Assembly (NCBI RefSeq): GCF_053078305.1
Contig: NZ_CP166879.1
DNA length: 64,000 nt
Strand: one strand, 5' to 3'
Shown one piece after another: positions 1 through 10,127 of the stretch. Positions within the stretch are counted from its first letter, which is position 1. Each line of letters starts with the position of its first letter. A program made the position numbers and the translations under genes. The notes under the pieces are model-generated. The model was not told where the DNA came from and searched no databases. It saw only the letters and a program-made list of their open reading frames with translations.

Positions 1-1203
1 GAGTTTTTGGGTGAGAAAGCCGCTTATGTTGCTGGCTGGATGTACTTCATCAACTGGGCGATGACGGGGATTGTTGATATTACCGCCGTCGCTCTGTATA
101 TGCATTACTGGGGTGCGTTTGGCGGCGTGCCGCAGTGGGTCTTTGCGCTCGCTGCACTTACCATCGTTGGCACCATGAATATGATCGGTGTGAAATGGTT
201 TGCGGAGATGGAGTTCTGGTTTGCGCTTATTAAAGTGCTCGCCATTGTGACCTTTTTGGTCGTGGGTACAGTGTTCCTCGGTAGTGGTCAGCCGCTGGAT
301 GGCAACACCACTGGCTTTCATTTAATCACCGATAATGGCGGCTTCTTCCCCCACGGTTTGCTGCCTGCGCTGGTGTTGATTCAGGGCGTAGTGTTTGCTT
401 TTGCCTCCATTGAAATGGTGGGTACAGCTGCCGGAGAATGTAAAGATCCGCAGACCATGGTGCCTAAAGCGATTAACAGTGTGATTTGGCGTATTGGCCT
501 GTTTTACGTCGGCTCCGTGGTGTTGCTGGTTATGTTATTGCCGTGGAGCGCGTATCAGGCGGGGCAAAGTCCGTTCGTGACGTTTTTCTCTAAACTGGGT
601 GTGCCATATATCGGCAGCATTATGAACATTGTGGTGCTGACCGCTGCCCTCTCCAGCCTGAATTCAGGTCTGTACTGCACCGGACGTATTCTGCGCTCAA
701 TGGCGATGGGCGGTTCCGCACCGAGTTTTATGGCGAAAATGAGTCGTCAGCATGTGCCGTATGCCGGGATTCTGGCGACACTGGTTGTGTATGTCGTCGG
801 CGTATTCCTCAACTATCTGGTGCCGTCGCGCGTATTTGAGATTGTGTTGAACTTCGCGTCGCTGGGAATCATCGCTTCATGGGCGTTTATCATCGTGTGC
901 CAGATGCGCCTGCGTAAAGCGATTAAAGCAGGCAAAGCAGCGGATGTCAGTTTTAAACTGCCTGGCGCGCCCTTCACTTCCTGGCTGACATTACTGTTTT
1001 TACTGAGTGTCCTTGTGCTGATGGCGTTCGATTACCCGAACGGGACTTATACTATCGCGGCGCTGCCGATTATCGGTATTCTGCTGGTTATAGGCTGGTT
1101 TGGTGTGCGCAAACGCGTTGCTGAAATTCACAGCACTGCGCCAGTCGTCGAGGAAGATGAAGAAAAACAGGAAATTGTGTTTAAGCCTGAAACGGCGAGC
1201 TAA
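1..1203 (+). CDS. ansP: L-asparagine permease (APC-family amino-acid permease), 5' end cut by window edge
   Basis: Reading frame of ORF 7..1203 stays open back to base 1 (the TTG at 7 is not a real start); polytopic hydrophobic translation ending EEDEEKQEIVFKPETAS; recognised as C-terminal ~400 aa of AnsP. Confidence 0.9.
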   Translation, partial: EFLGEKAAYVAGWMYFINWAMTGIVDITAVALYMHYWGAFGGVPQWVFALAALTIVGTMNMIGVKWFAEMEFWFALIKVLAIVTFLVVGTVFLGSGQPLDGNTTGFHLITDNGGFFPHGLLPALVLIQGVVFAFASIEMVGTAAGECKDPQTMVPKAINSVIWRIGLFYVGSVVLLVMLLPWSAYQAGQSPFVTFFSKLGVPYIGSIMNIVVLTAALSSLNSGLYCTGRILRSMAMGGSAPSFMAKMSRQHVPYAGILATLVVYVVGVFLNYLVPSRVFEIVLNFASLGIIASWAFIIVCQMRLRKAIKAGKAADVSFKLPGAPFTSWLTLLFLLSVLVLMAFDYPNGTYTIAALPIIGILLVIGWFGVRKRVAEIHSTAPVVEEDEEKQEIVFKPETAS

Positions 1204-1211
1204 TTGCAAAA

Positions 1212-1234
1212 TTGCCCGGCTACGTGCCGGGCAA
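1212..1234. terminator. Hairpin between convergent ansP and yncE (putative bidirectional intrinsic terminator)
   Basis: Perfect 9-bp inverted repeat ttgcccggc/gccgggcaa with 5-nt loop, A-run on one side and T-rich on the other; 9 bp after ansP stop. Confidence 0.5.
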
Positions 1235-1315
1235 ATTTAGATTACTGACGAAGGTGTCGCATGCGGCGTGATAAAAGTCAGGCAAGTCTCTCCGTTTTCA
1301 CCCTCGCCATATCTA

Positions 1316-2377
1316 TTACAGCGCAATACGAATCACATCGTCTGGCTGGGTAGCTTCCTGCTGTTTAGTGGATTTTTGTTTCACACTGACATACAGCGTT
1401 TTGCCATCGGCAGACAGCGCCAGGCTGTTCGGATGAGTCGGCGTATCGAACGTTTTCACCACTTTATAGCTTTTCGCGTCAATCACACTGACTTTACCTG
1501 CCTGACGATGCGTTACGTAGGCTTCATTACGCGCTGGGTTAAACAGCACAGCCAGTGATTCCGGTGCCGCAACCTTCGCCAGAATATTGCCATTACGGGT
1601 ATCGACCACTAACACTTCTGCGGCTTTAGAATCGGTGATAAATGCACGCTGCCTGGCGGTATCAAGGCTAATGTTGATAAAGAAGTGCTCTTTGCCGTCA
1701 TCCAGCAGCTTTTTACGGCTGAGGATTTTATTGTCGGCGGTGTCGATGGTAATCAATTCGCCGTCAGCGTTAGTGGTGTAAAGACGTTTGCCTTTGCTAT
1801 CCAGCGCCAGACCGGTACTCATTTTACCGGTGTTCTGGATGGCGGTTTTCAGTTTGATATTCTCGCCATCAACGACCCAAATCACGCTCTCTTTACCAAT
1901 ACCACTGATGTAAACGGTGTTCGTGGCATCATCAGCTACCAGCTCACGCGGTTGCAGCGGGCGCACCTCTTCCGTGCGCTTACGATCATCCAGCACCAGA
2001 CGGCCTTTCACTTCGCCCGTTTTGGCATCTATCGCCGTGACCGCGCTGTTTACGGTGTTACCAAACCACAACGTCTGAGTCGTGTTATTGATGGTGGCAC
2101 CAAACGGCTTGAGATCGTTATGGATCGCCTGCGTCACTTCCAGAGTGACCGGATCAAGACGATAAACCACGCCACCTTTATCCAGTTTGCGGCTTTGCGA
2201 AGTGGCGAGCCACAGCGCGTTTTCTTGCTGGCTATAAGCCATTTCGTAGGCACCTTTACCTACCGCTTTACGCAGCATTTCTTCTGCGGCCTGCGTACTG
2301 AATGATGAAGCAACAAGCAATGAACCTAACAGTAATGAACCACGCAGGCGCGATGAAAACAGATGACGTAAATGCAT
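1316..2377 (-). CDS. yncE: Periplasmic PQQ-like beta-propeller protein YncE
   Basis: 353-aa ORF; N-terminal signal peptide (LLLGSLLVASSFSTQAAEE); recognised as YncE. Confidence 0.9.
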   Translation of the reverse strand: MHLRHLFSSRLRGSLLLGSLLVASSFSTQAAEEMLRKAVGKGAYEMAYSQQENALWLATSQSRKLDKGGVVYRLDPVTLEVTQAIHNDLKPFGATINNTTQTLWFGNTVNSAVTAIDAKTGEVKGRLVLDDRKRTEEVRPLQPRELVADDATNTVYISGIGKESVIWVVDGENIKLKTAIQNTGKMSTGLALDSKGKRLYTTNADGELITIDTADNKILSRKKLLDDGKEHFFINISLDTARQRAFITDSKAAEVLVVDTRNGNILAKVAAPESLAVLFNPARNEAYVTHRQAGKVSVIDAKSYKVVKTFDTPTHPNSLALSADGKTLYVSVKQKSTKQQEATQPDDVIRIAL

Positions 2378-2461
2378 GACGACTCCCTTTGATGAACCGA
2401 TATTTTTGCTGCTTCACAATGCTTCGCTAAGCGTAATCATCGTTACGCTCTTGTTATAAAT

Positions 2462-2480
2462 GGGAATGGTAATCATTATT
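2462..2480. promoter_or_regulatory. Putative Fur box in yncE/yncD divergent promoter region
   Basis: gggaatggtaatcattatt matches about 15/19 of Fur consensus GATAATGATAATCATTATC; sits between an iron-associated gene pair (yncE, TonB-dependent receptor yncD). Confidence 0.4.
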
Positions 2481-2618
2481 TTCTCAAATGTGGAGCATTT
2501 CTTGCCGTTACGACTACAATTTTCTCAATTACTTAACGTATTGTGCCGTTTCATTTTCCATAAATTTACAATTTCATTACCATGACGGCGTTTTCCCATT
2601 CTTAACCTGGCTTTTTTC

Positions 2619-4721
2619 ATGAAGATTTTTTCCGTCCGACAGACCGTTTTGCCCGCCCTGCTTGTCCTTTCCCCCGTTGTTTTTGCCGCTGATGAACAGA
2701 CCATGATTGTCAGTGCCGCGCCGCAGGTGGTTTCAGAACTGGATACCCCTGCAGCAGTAAGCGTGGTGGATGGCGAGGAGATGCGCCTGGCAACACCGCG
2801 CATTAACTTGTCCGAATCACTGACCGGCGTGCCTGGTTTGCAGGTACAAAACCGGCAGAACTATGCGCAAGATTTACAGCTGTCGATTCGCGGATTTGGC
2901 TCCCGTTCCACTTACGGAATTCGCGGTATTCGCCTGTATGTGGACGGTATTCCCGCCACCATGCCCGACGGGCAAGGGCAAACATCCAACATCGATTTAA
3001 GCAGTGTGCAAAATGTGGAAGTGCTGCGTGGCCCCTTCTCTGCCCTGTATGGCAACGCGTCTGGCGGTGTAATGAATGTCACCACCCAGACCGGACAACA
3101 GCCACCAACCATTGAAGCCAGTAGTTACTACGGCAGTTTTGGCAGCTGGCGCTATGGGCTGAAAGCAACGGGCGCAACGGGAGACGGCACACAGCCCGGC
3201 GATGTTGATTACACCGTCTCAACCACGCGTTTTACGACCCACGGCTATCGTGACCATAGTGGCGCACAGAAAAATTTAGCCAATGCCAAACTGGGCGTAC
3301 GCATTGATGAAGCCAGCAAATTAAGCCTGATTTTCAATAGTGTGGATATCAAAGCAGATGACCCGGGTGGGCTAACCAAAGCAGAATGGAAGGCGAATCC
3401 ACAACAAGCGCCTCGTGCAGAACAGTACGACACGCGAAAAACCATCAAGCAAACTCAGGCTGGGTTGCGCTATGAACGTAGCCTGAGTTCGCGGGATGAT
3501 ATGAGTGTGATGATGTATGCCGGAGAGCGAGAAACGACCCAGTACCAGTCAATACCCATGGCGCCACAACTTAACCCGTCACATGCGGGCGGCGTGATTA
3601 CCCTGCAACGCCATTACCAGGGAATAGACAGCCGCTGGACACACCGTGGTGAACTGGGCGTTCCGGTCACGTTCACTACCGGCCTGAACTACGAAAACAT
3701 GAGTGAAAACCGCAAGGGCTACAATAACTTCCGCCTGAATAGCGGCATGCCGGAGTACGGGCAAAAAGGTGAGTTGCGTCGCGACGAACGCAATCTGATG
3801 TGGAACATCGATCCCTATTTACAGACGCAGTGGCAGCTGAGCGAAAAACTGTCGCTGGATGCTGGCGTGCGCTACAGCTCCGTGTGGTTTGATTCCAACG
3901 ACCATTACGTTACTCCGGGTAACGGCGATGACAGCGGTGATGCCAGTTATCACAAATGGCTACCAGCCGGATCGTTAAAATATGCAATGACCGATGCCTG
4001 GAATATCTATCTGGCAGCCGGGCGTGGTTTTGAAACGCCGACGATTAATGAGCTGTCTTATCGCGCTGATGGGCAAAGCGGTATGAACTTTGGTTTAAAA
4101 CCATCCACCAACGATACAATTGAGATCGGCAGTAAAACGCGTATTGGTGATGGGCTGCTTAGTCTCGCATTGTTCCAGACCGACACCGATGATGAAATTG
4201 TTGTCGATAGCAGTAGCGGTGGGCGTACGACTTACAAAAATGCTGGAAAGACCCGTCGTCAAGGCGCTGAACTGGCATGGGATCAACGTTTCGCGGGAGA
4301 TTTTCGCGTAAACGCGTCCTGGACCTGGCTTGATGCGACCTATCGCAGCAATGTTTGCAATGAACAGGATTGTAACGGTAATCGGATGCCAGGGATCGCC
4401 CGTAATATGGGCTTTGCGTCGATAGGTTATGTACCGGAAGATGGCTGGTATGCAGGCACGGAAGCGCGTTATATGGGCGATATTATGGCAGATGATGAAA
4501 ATACGGCCAAGGCGCCGTCTTATACTCTCATCGGCTTATTCACCGGGTATAAATACAATTACCACAATTTAACTGTGGATTTATTTGGTCGTGTCGATAA
4601 TTTATTCGATAAAGAATACGTTGGTTCTGTCATTGTCAATGAGTCAAACGGGCGATATTACGAACCTGCGCCCGGACGAAATTATGGTGTCGGCGTGAAT
4701 ATCGCATGGCGATTTGAGTAA
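2619..4721 (+). CDS. yncD: TonB-dependent outer-membrane receptor
   Basis: 700-aa ORF; signal peptide MKIFSVRQTVLPALLVLSPVVFA; plug/barrel-type sequence with aromatic-rich C-terminus; recognised as YncD. Confidence 0.92.
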   Translation: MKIFSVRQTVLPALLVLSPVVFAADEQTMIVSAAPQVVSELDTPAAVSVVDGEEMRLATPRINLSESLTGVPGLQVQNRQNYAQDLQLSIRGFGSRSTYGIRGIRLYVDGIPATMPDGQGQTSNIDLSSVQNVEVLRGPFSALYGNASGGVMNVTTQTGQQPPTIEASSYYGSFGSWRYGLKATGATGDGTQPGDVDYTVSTTRFTTHGYRDHSGAQKNLANAKLGVRIDEASKLSLIFNSVDIKADDPGGLTKAEWKANPQQAPRAEQYDTRKTIKQTQAGLRYERSLSSRDDMSVMMYAGERETTQYQSIPMAPQLNPSHAGGVITLQRHYQGIDSRWTHRGELGVPVTFTTGLNYENMSENRKGYNNFRLNSGMPEYGQKGELRRDERNLMWNIDPYLQTQWQLSEKLSLDAGVRYSSVWFDSNDHYVTPGNGDDSGDASYHKWLPAGSLKYAMTDAWNIYLAAGRGFETPTINELSYRADGQSGMNFGLKPSTNDTIEIGSKTRIGDGLLSLALFQTDTDDEIVVDSSSGGRTTYKNAGKTRRQGAELAWDQRFAGDFRVNASWTWLDATYRSNVCNEQDCNGNRMPGIARNMGFASIGYVPEDGWYAGTEARYMGDIMADDENTAKAPSYTLIGLFTGYKYNYHNLTVDLFGRVDNLFDKEYVGSVIVNESNGRYYEPAPGRNYGVGVNIAWRFE

Positions 4722-4730
4722 TTACCTTGA

Positions 4731-4750
4731 TGCCCGGTATTTGCCGGGCA
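4731..4750. terminator. Hairpin between convergent yncD and mcbR
   Basis: tgcccgg-tatt-tgccgggca inverted repeat followed by ttta; 10 bp after yncD stop. Confidence 0.45.
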
Positions 4751-4756
4751 TTTACT

Positions 4757-5422
4757 TTAACGATTGTATTGCTGGTATAAAATAGCAATATTTTGTTGCA
4801 TAATTTCAGCAAGACAATGTCTGCATCCCTCTTTGTCTTTTGCTTTTAACGCAGCGAGTAACAGATGATAGTTTTCTATATGCTCCCGTAATTCCGCTGG
4901 ATTAATCGCTTCATAGAGATAATGTAAACCAGGTCCCATCCTGACCCACAGTTGCTCAATCATCTCACACAGGATGGGCATATTTGAGCGATGATAAATC
5001 GCTAAGCGAAATAGCCTGTTTACATTAATGATTTGTTCCATGTCGCCCTTTTCTTGCGCCTGCTGTAATTTCTCGAGCAATTCCTGGAGTTCCGCCAGGT
5101 CTTGCGGGGTGAGGTTTTCAACAGCCAGAGCAACTGCCATTAATTCCAGTTCGTAGCGGATCCGATTGATTTCGTCTAATTGACGTTTCCCCACTTCCGG
5201 AACTGTAAATGCTTGCGCTGGTGCGACAGAAAGCGCATTCACCGAAACCAGACGTAATAATGCTTCACGCACAGGTGTAATACTCATACCTAATTGCTCC
5301 GCCAGATTTTTAGTAATCAGGCGTGCGCCAGGTTTTAGTGCGCCAATACTAAGCTGATGTTTCAGGTCGTTCTCAACCTGCAGAGTCAAACTGACATGTT
5401 TCATTTTTTCCGTTCCAGGCAT
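4757..5422 (-). CDS. mcbR: GntR-family transcriptional regulator McbR (YncC)
   Basis: ORF 4757..5479; start trimmed to internal Met (MPGTEKMKHVSL...) giving 221 aa; N-terminal GntR HTH (ITKNLAEQLGMSITPVREALLRL). Confidence 0.88.
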   Translation of the reverse strand: MPGTEKMKHVSLTLQVENDLKHQLSIGALKPGARLITKNLAEQLGMSITPVREALLRLVSVNALSVAPAQAFTVPEVGKRQLDEINRIRYELELMAVALAVENLTPQDLAELQELLEKLQQAQEKGDMEQIINVNRLFRLAIYHRSNMPILCEMIEQLWVRMGPGLHYLYEAINPAELREHIENYHLLLAALKAKDKEGCRHCLAEIMQQNIAILYQQYNR

Positions 5423-5619
5423 TTTAATTCCTTCGCGTGTTTTCTGTCCAACCCTGCCTGCATGGCAGAAGGAATTCACCTGGTGTATTAAAGTGAATAA
5501 TCATAAACCACTCACCTTTGTTGTTATTAGCAGCAGAACAATGATGTGGTTAGTTAATTAAAGCTGAAAATAAGCTTTTTGCCTGGATTTTTATGGCGGC
5601 TTACGCCGCCGTTGAAACT

Positions 5620-6657
5620 TTAATCATCACCCGCCACGCGGATCACCACTTTGCCGAAGTTTTTACCCTTCAGCAGGCCGATAAACGTCTGTGGCGCATT
5701 CTCTAAACCGTCAGTAATTTCTTCGCGGTAGTGGATTTTATCCTCTTTCACCCATTGCCCCATCTCCTTCTGAAACTCATGGATGCGGTGACCATAATCC
5801 TGAGCGATAATAAACCCTTGCAAGCGAATACGTTTTTTCAGCACCGTTGCCATCAACAGGGGTAAACGATCCGGACCGGGTGGTAGCTCTGTAGCGTTAT
5901 AGCTGCTCACTAAGCCACAAACGGGAATGCGCGCAGATGTATTAAGTAATGGTAGCACTGCATCAAATACCTTACCGCCCACGTTTTCATAATAGATATC
6001 AATACCTTTTGGGCACGCTTTCGCCAGTTGTTCGGCAAAATCGTCCGCGTGGTGATCAAGGCAAACATCGAAGCCTAACACCTCGGTAGCATGGCGGCAT
6101 TTTTCCGCGCCACCGGCTACCCCCACCACTCTGCAACCTTTAAGTTTGCCGATTTGCCCCACCGTCGCCCCCACTGGTCCTGTCGCCGCAGCTACCACCA
6201 ACGTTTCGCCCTCTTTAGGCTGACCGATATCCAGCAGCCCCATATAAGCGGTAAAGCCTGGCATCCCCAGCACACCCAGCGACCACGATGGATTTTGCGG
6301 ATGATCGCCAAGTTTCACCAGATCATCACCACTGGATATGTCATAGTCCTGCCATCCACTGTAGCCCAGCACCCAGTCGCCAGGCTGATAATCAGGATGA
6401 TTCGACTTCACGACACGGCTCACCGTACCGCCGACCATCACGCCGCCAATATCAACCGGCGGTGAATAAGATGGCTCATCGCTCATACGTCCACGCATAT
6501 ACGGGTCCAGGGACAAATAAACTGTGCGCAGTAACACCTGTCCTTCACCCGGTGTGGCGACATCATCTTCTTCAAGACGGAAATTCTCCGGAACCGGTGC
6601 GCCATGCGGACGCGAGGCCAGAACCCAACGTCGATTACGCTGCTTTTGTTGCCCCAT
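5620..6657 (-). CDS. curA: NADPH-dependent curcumin/dihydrocurcumin reductase (MDR-family oxidoreductase)
   Basis: ORF 5620..6750; start trimmed to MGQQKQRNRR (345 aa); nucleotide-binding motif AAATGPVGATVGQIGK. Confidence 0.88.
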   Translation of the reverse strand: MGQQKQRNRRWVLASRPHGAPVPENFRLEEDDVATPGEGQVLLRTVYLSLDPYMRGRMSDEPSYSPPVDIGGVMVGGTVSRVVKSNHPDYQPGDWVLGYSGWQDYDISSGDDLVKLGDHPQNPSWSLGVLGMPGFTAYMGLLDIGQPKEGETLVVAAATGPVGATVGQIGKLKGCRVVGVAGGAEKCRHATEVLGFDVCLDHHADDFAEQLAKACPKGIDIYYENVGGKVFDAVLPLLNTSARIPVCGLVSSYNATELPPGPDRLPLLMATVLKKRIRLQGFIIAQDYGHRIHEFQKEMGQWVKEDKIHYREEITDGLENAPQTFIGLLKGKNFGKVVIRVAGDD

Positions 6658-6837
6658 AATGCTCTCCTGTGCTTTTGGCATGAATCCATCAATAGTAGCA
6701 GGCTCACGGGATTGGTTTTGTTTGCAGCCGTCACATCCCCTCTGCAACACGCAATAATTTCATCGAGGAATCCGTTGCTTCGGGCTGTTTTCGATAGTAT
6801 TGATAACATCATCATCATTATTTTATTGAGGCCAGAC

Positions 6838-7356
6838 ATGTCCATCCGTTTTGCCCGCAAAGCCGACTGTGCTGCCATTGCGGAAATTTATAACCACGCC
6901 GTGTTGTATACGGCGGCTATCTGGAATGACCAAACGGTGGATGCAGATAACCGCATTGCCTGGTTTGAAGCGCGGACCATAGCAGGTTATCCGGTGCTGG
7001 TAAGTGAAGAAGATGGCGTAGTGACGGGATATGCCTCATTTGGCGACTGGCGTAGTTTCGATGGTTTTCGCCATACCGTGGAACATTCGGTTTATGTCCA
7101 TCCCGATCATCAGGGCAAAGGTCTGGGGCGTAAATTGTTAAGCCGATTGATTGATGAAGCGCGGGATTGCGGGAAGCATGTCATGGTCGCCGGGATCGAA
7201 TCGCAAAATCAGGCCTCGCTGCATCTGCACCAGTCGCTGGGATTTGTCGTCACCGCACAAATGCCGCAGGTGGGCACTAAATTTGGGCGCTGGCTGGATC
7301 TGACATTTATGCAGTTGCAACTCGACGAACGCACTGAACCGGACGCGATTGGATGA
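6838..7356 (+). CDS. mnaT: GNAT-family N-acyltransferase MnaT (YncA)
   Basis: In-frame ATG at 6838 (MSIRFARKADCAAIAEIYNH) within ORF 6604..7356; GNAT fold motifs; 172 aa. Confidence 0.88.
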   Translation: MSIRFARKADCAAIAEIYNHAVLYTAAIWNDQTVDADNRIAWFEARTIAGYPVLVSEEDGVVTGYASFGDWRSFDGFRHTVEHSVYVHPDHQGKGLGRKLLSRLIDEARDCGKHVMVAGIESQNQASLHLHQSLGFVVTAQMPQVGTKFGRWLDLTFMQLQLDERTEPDAIG

Positions 7357-7802
7357 ATCAGTCGCTCACCCTTGCCTTTTTGATTGCCGCCGGAATTGGT
7401 CTGGTAGTCCAGAACACGCTGATGGTTCGCATCACCCAGACCTCCTCTACCATTCTCATCGCCATGTTGCTGAACTCACTGGTGGGGATTGTGCTCTTTG
7501 TTTCTATTTTATGGTTTAAACAAGGTATGGCGGGGTTTGGCGAACTGGTGTCCAGCGTGCGCTGGTGGACACTTATACCTGGCTTGCTGGGATCGTTTTT
7601 TGTCTTCGCCAGTATCAGCGGATATCAGAATGTGGGAGCGGCGACAACTATTGCAGTACTGGTCGCCAGCCAGCTGATTGGCGGTCTGGTTCTGGATATC
7701 TTCCGCAGTCATGGCGTACCACTACGGGCGTTGTTCGGCCCAATTTGTGGCGCAATTTTACTTGTGGTTGGCGCCTGGTTGGTAGCCAGACGCTCATTTT
7801 AA
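7353..7802 (+). CDS. ydcZ: Inner-membrane protein YdcZ (DMT-like, DUF606)
   Basis: 149-aa hydrophobic ORF; start overlaps mnaT stop (ATGA). Confidence 0.85.
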   Translation: MNQSLTLAFLIAAGIGLVVQNTLMVRITQTSSTILIAMLLNSLVGIVLFVSILWFKQGMAGFGELVSSVRWWTLIPGLLGSFFVFASISGYQNVGAATTIAVLVASQLIGGLVLDIFRSHGVPLRALFGPICGAILLVVGAWLVARRSF

Positions 7803-8036
7803 TCACAGGATGGTGCCGCCTTTGGTTAACTGTTCATGGCGCGCTTCCATATCTTCTTTATGCTTGCGACCGTGATGAGCAATAGCGGTGCGCAAACGCT
7901 GCTGCTGGGTGTAGCGATCTTCCCGACTTAACTCCGCGTCATCGCTCAGGGCGATTAATAATTCGTTCATATGGGCAATGACGCTCTCTTCAATCGCGGC
8001 ATCCACACGCGCGATGACTTCATCCAGATGCGACAT
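7803..8036 (-). CDS. ydcY: Small protein YdcY (DUF2526)
   Basis: 77-aa ORF, recognised sequence MSHLDEVIARVDAAIEES. Confidence 0.8.
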   Translation of the reverse strand: MSHLDEVIARVDAAIEESVIAHMNELLIALSDDAELSREDRYTQQQRLRTAIAHHGRKHKEDMEARHEQLTKGGTIL

Positions 8037-8121
8037 ACTTTCTCCTTAGCCACTTGTGAAATTTATCGATTCATCCAAATGATATAAGTCTGCGTGGTGC
8101 CGTCAAGCCAGTGAGTAAGAT

Positions 8122-8295
8122 TTAAAACAGTGAAAACAACAGCGCCACCGGGAAACTCATCGGCCATGTTGCCCCCACCAGAAAGGCGCTTAAGAAACGG
8201 ATGCGTTTCTTATCGTGAGAAAGAAACCAAGTGATAAGAAATGCGATTGCTGCCATAACCGCATAAAAAACAAGCATGTGTTGATAGAGAGACAT
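8122..8295 (-). CDS. ortT: Small membrane toxin-like protein OrtT (YdcX)
   Basis: ORF 8122..8343 trimmed to MSLYQHMLVFYAVMAAIAFLITWFL (57 aa, two TM segments). Confidence 0.8.
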   Translation of the reverse strand: MSLYQHMLVFYAVMAAIAFLITWFLSHDKKRIRFLSAFLVGATWPMSFPVALLFSLF

Positions 8296-8489
8296 GTACG
8301 GGCGTCCAGCCAGATGAATAAAACGCGCGCAAATATGCGTCATTTTTTGACGTACATCAAGTTTTTTAACCGGTTTGAGAAAAAAACATCAAACAGCAAC
8401 TTGCCCTTATCCATCTTCAGAATGAGTATTATTGCGGATTTTCTTAACCCGTACTATACACATAGGGGCAATGATAAAAGGTGGCAAAA

Positions 8490-8585
8490 ATGAATGTTTC
8501 CAGTAGAACTGTAGTACTGATAAATGTCTTTGCTGCTGTTGGTTTGTTTACTCTTATCTCTATGAGATTTGGCTGGTTTATTTGA
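8490..8585 (+). CDS. yncL: Small single-TM protein YncL (31 aa)
   Basis: Below the 60-aa ORF-track cutoff; ATG at 8490 preceded by SD aaaggtgg; translation MNVSSRTVVLINVFAAVGLFTLISMRFGWFI; recognised as YncL. Confidence 0.75.
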   Translation: MNVSSRTVVLINVFAAVGLFTLISMRFGWFI

Positions 8586-8607
8586 TGTAGTGATTTTGCA
8601 CGCAGCA

Positions 8608-8642
8608 CGTACTGTCAGAGAAATCAGTGCTCTGACAGTACG
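8608..8642. repeat. Perfect 13-bp inverted repeat (hairpin) downstream of yncL and patD
   Basis: cgtactgtcagag-aaatcagtg-ctctgacagtacg; no adjacent T-tract on either strand. Confidence 0.6.
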
Positions 8643-8681
8643 CAAGATCATCTCATACTCTTACGATCTGCAATATTATCC

Positions 8682-10106
8682 TTAATGTTTAACCATGACG
8701 TGGCGGACGACGGTGTAATCCTCCAGCCCATAAAGTGACATATCCTTGCCGTAACCAGAAAGTTTCTGCCCACCGTGCGGCATTTCACTTACCAGCATGA
8801 AATGGGTATTGACCCAGGTACAACCATATTGCAGCCGTGCACTGACGCGATGCGCCCTGCCCACATCTTTCGTCCATACCGAAGATGCAAGTCCGTACTG
8901 GCTGTCATTCGCCCAGTTCACCACCTGTTCTTCGTTGTCGAAGAGCGTAACACTCACTACTGGACCAAATACCTCTTTTTGCACGATGGCATCGTCCTGT
9001 AATGCGCCAGCCAGCAGCGTCGGCGCATAGTAATAGCCATTACCCTTGCGCTTTTCACCGCCAGTGATCACTTTGATGTGCCCTGTCGCTTTCGCCTCTT
9101 CTACTGCCTTGCTGACGCGTTCGAGATGCGCCAGCGAGCTTAAAGGTCCAAGCTCCGTAGACTCGTCATCCGGCGCACCAGATTTTAACGTTGCCACCGC
9201 AGCACCCAGTTTTTCCACCAGCGTATCGTAAATGCCTTTTTGCGCGTAGATCCGACAAGCCGCAGTACAATCCTGTCCAGCATTGTAATAGCCAAATGTA
9301 CGTACACCTTCGACCACTGCTTCAATATCCGCATCATCAAAAACAATCACTGGCGCTTTGCCACCAAGTTCCATATGAGTACGCTTAATGGACGGCGCGG
9401 TATGGCTGATGATGTGCTCGCCGGTGGCGATAGAGCCCGTCAGCGACACCATCCGCACTTTAGGATGTCCGGTCAGCGGATCGCCCACGGTTTTGCCTCT
9501 GCCAAACAGTACGTTAATCACGCCTGCCGGGAAGATATCTTTCGCCAGCTCTGCCAACTTCAACGCGGTCAGCGGGGTAATTTCTGATGGTTTAAGCACT
9601 ACGCAGTTCCCTGCCGCCAGCGCCGGAGCCAGTTTCCACGCTGCCATCATCAGCGGATAATTCCACGGTGCGATAGAAGCCACGACCCCCAACGGATCGC
9701 GACGGATCATCGAAGTATGACCTTCAAGATATTCACCTGCCGCCAGACCATTCAGACAGCGCGCCGCACCCGCGAAAAAGCGAAAAACATCGACAATCGC
9801 CGGGATTTCATCATTGAACGCACTATGCAGCGGTTTGCCACAATTACGGGACTCCAGTTCGGCAAAAACCTGACCATTTTCTTCGATAACATCAGCCAGT
9901 TTCAGCAGACATTCCGCACGCACTTTCGGCGTGGTTTGCCCCCATTCGGCAAATGCTGCATCTGCCGCGCGCACAGCAGCATCGACCTGCTCTGCGGATG
10001 CCTCGGCAATCTCCAGTAAAACGTCCCCCGTTGCCGGATTATAGACAGGCTGTTTTTCCCCTTCGCCGCTAACCAGTTCTCCGTTAATCAGTAACTTATG
10101 TTGCAT
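8682..10106 (-). CDS. patD: Gamma-aminobutyraldehyde dehydrogenase (aldehyde dehydrogenase family)
   Basis: 474-aa ORF; ALDH motifs MELGGKAP and catalytic-Cys region GQDCTAACR. Confidence 0.92.
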   Translation of the reverse strand: MQHKLLINGELVSGEGEKQPVYNPATGDVLLEIAEASAEQVDAAVRAADAAFAEWGQTTPKVRAECLLKLADVIEENGQVFAELESRNCGKPLHSAFNDEIPAIVDVFRFFAGAARCLNGLAAGEYLEGHTSMIRRDPLGVVASIAPWNYPLMMAAWKLAPALAAGNCVVLKPSEITPLTALKLAELAKDIFPAGVINVLFGRGKTVGDPLTGHPKVRMVSLTGSIATGEHIISHTAPSIKRTHMELGGKAPVIVFDDADIEAVVEGVRTFGYYNAGQDCTAACRIYAQKGIYDTLVEKLGAAVATLKSGAPDDESTELGPLSSLAHLERVSKAVEEAKATGHIKVITGGEKRKGNGYYYAPTLLAGALQDDAIVQKEVFGPVVSVTLFDNEEQVVNWANDSQYGLASSVWTKDVGRAHRVSARLQYGCTWVNTHFMLVSEMPHGGQKLSGYGKDMSLYGLEDYTVVRHVMVKH

Positions 10107-10127
10107 AGCATATTCCTGTATCAGTGG

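Noticed and set aside
6604-7356. N-terminally extended ORFs from the track (mnaT 250 aa, tehA 366 aa, curA 376 aa, mcbR 240 aa, ydcO 432 aa, ydcI 354 aa)
   Set aside because: Extensions lack SD sequences and cover neighbouring promoter regions; internal Met starts give recognised protein N-termini and signal peptides.
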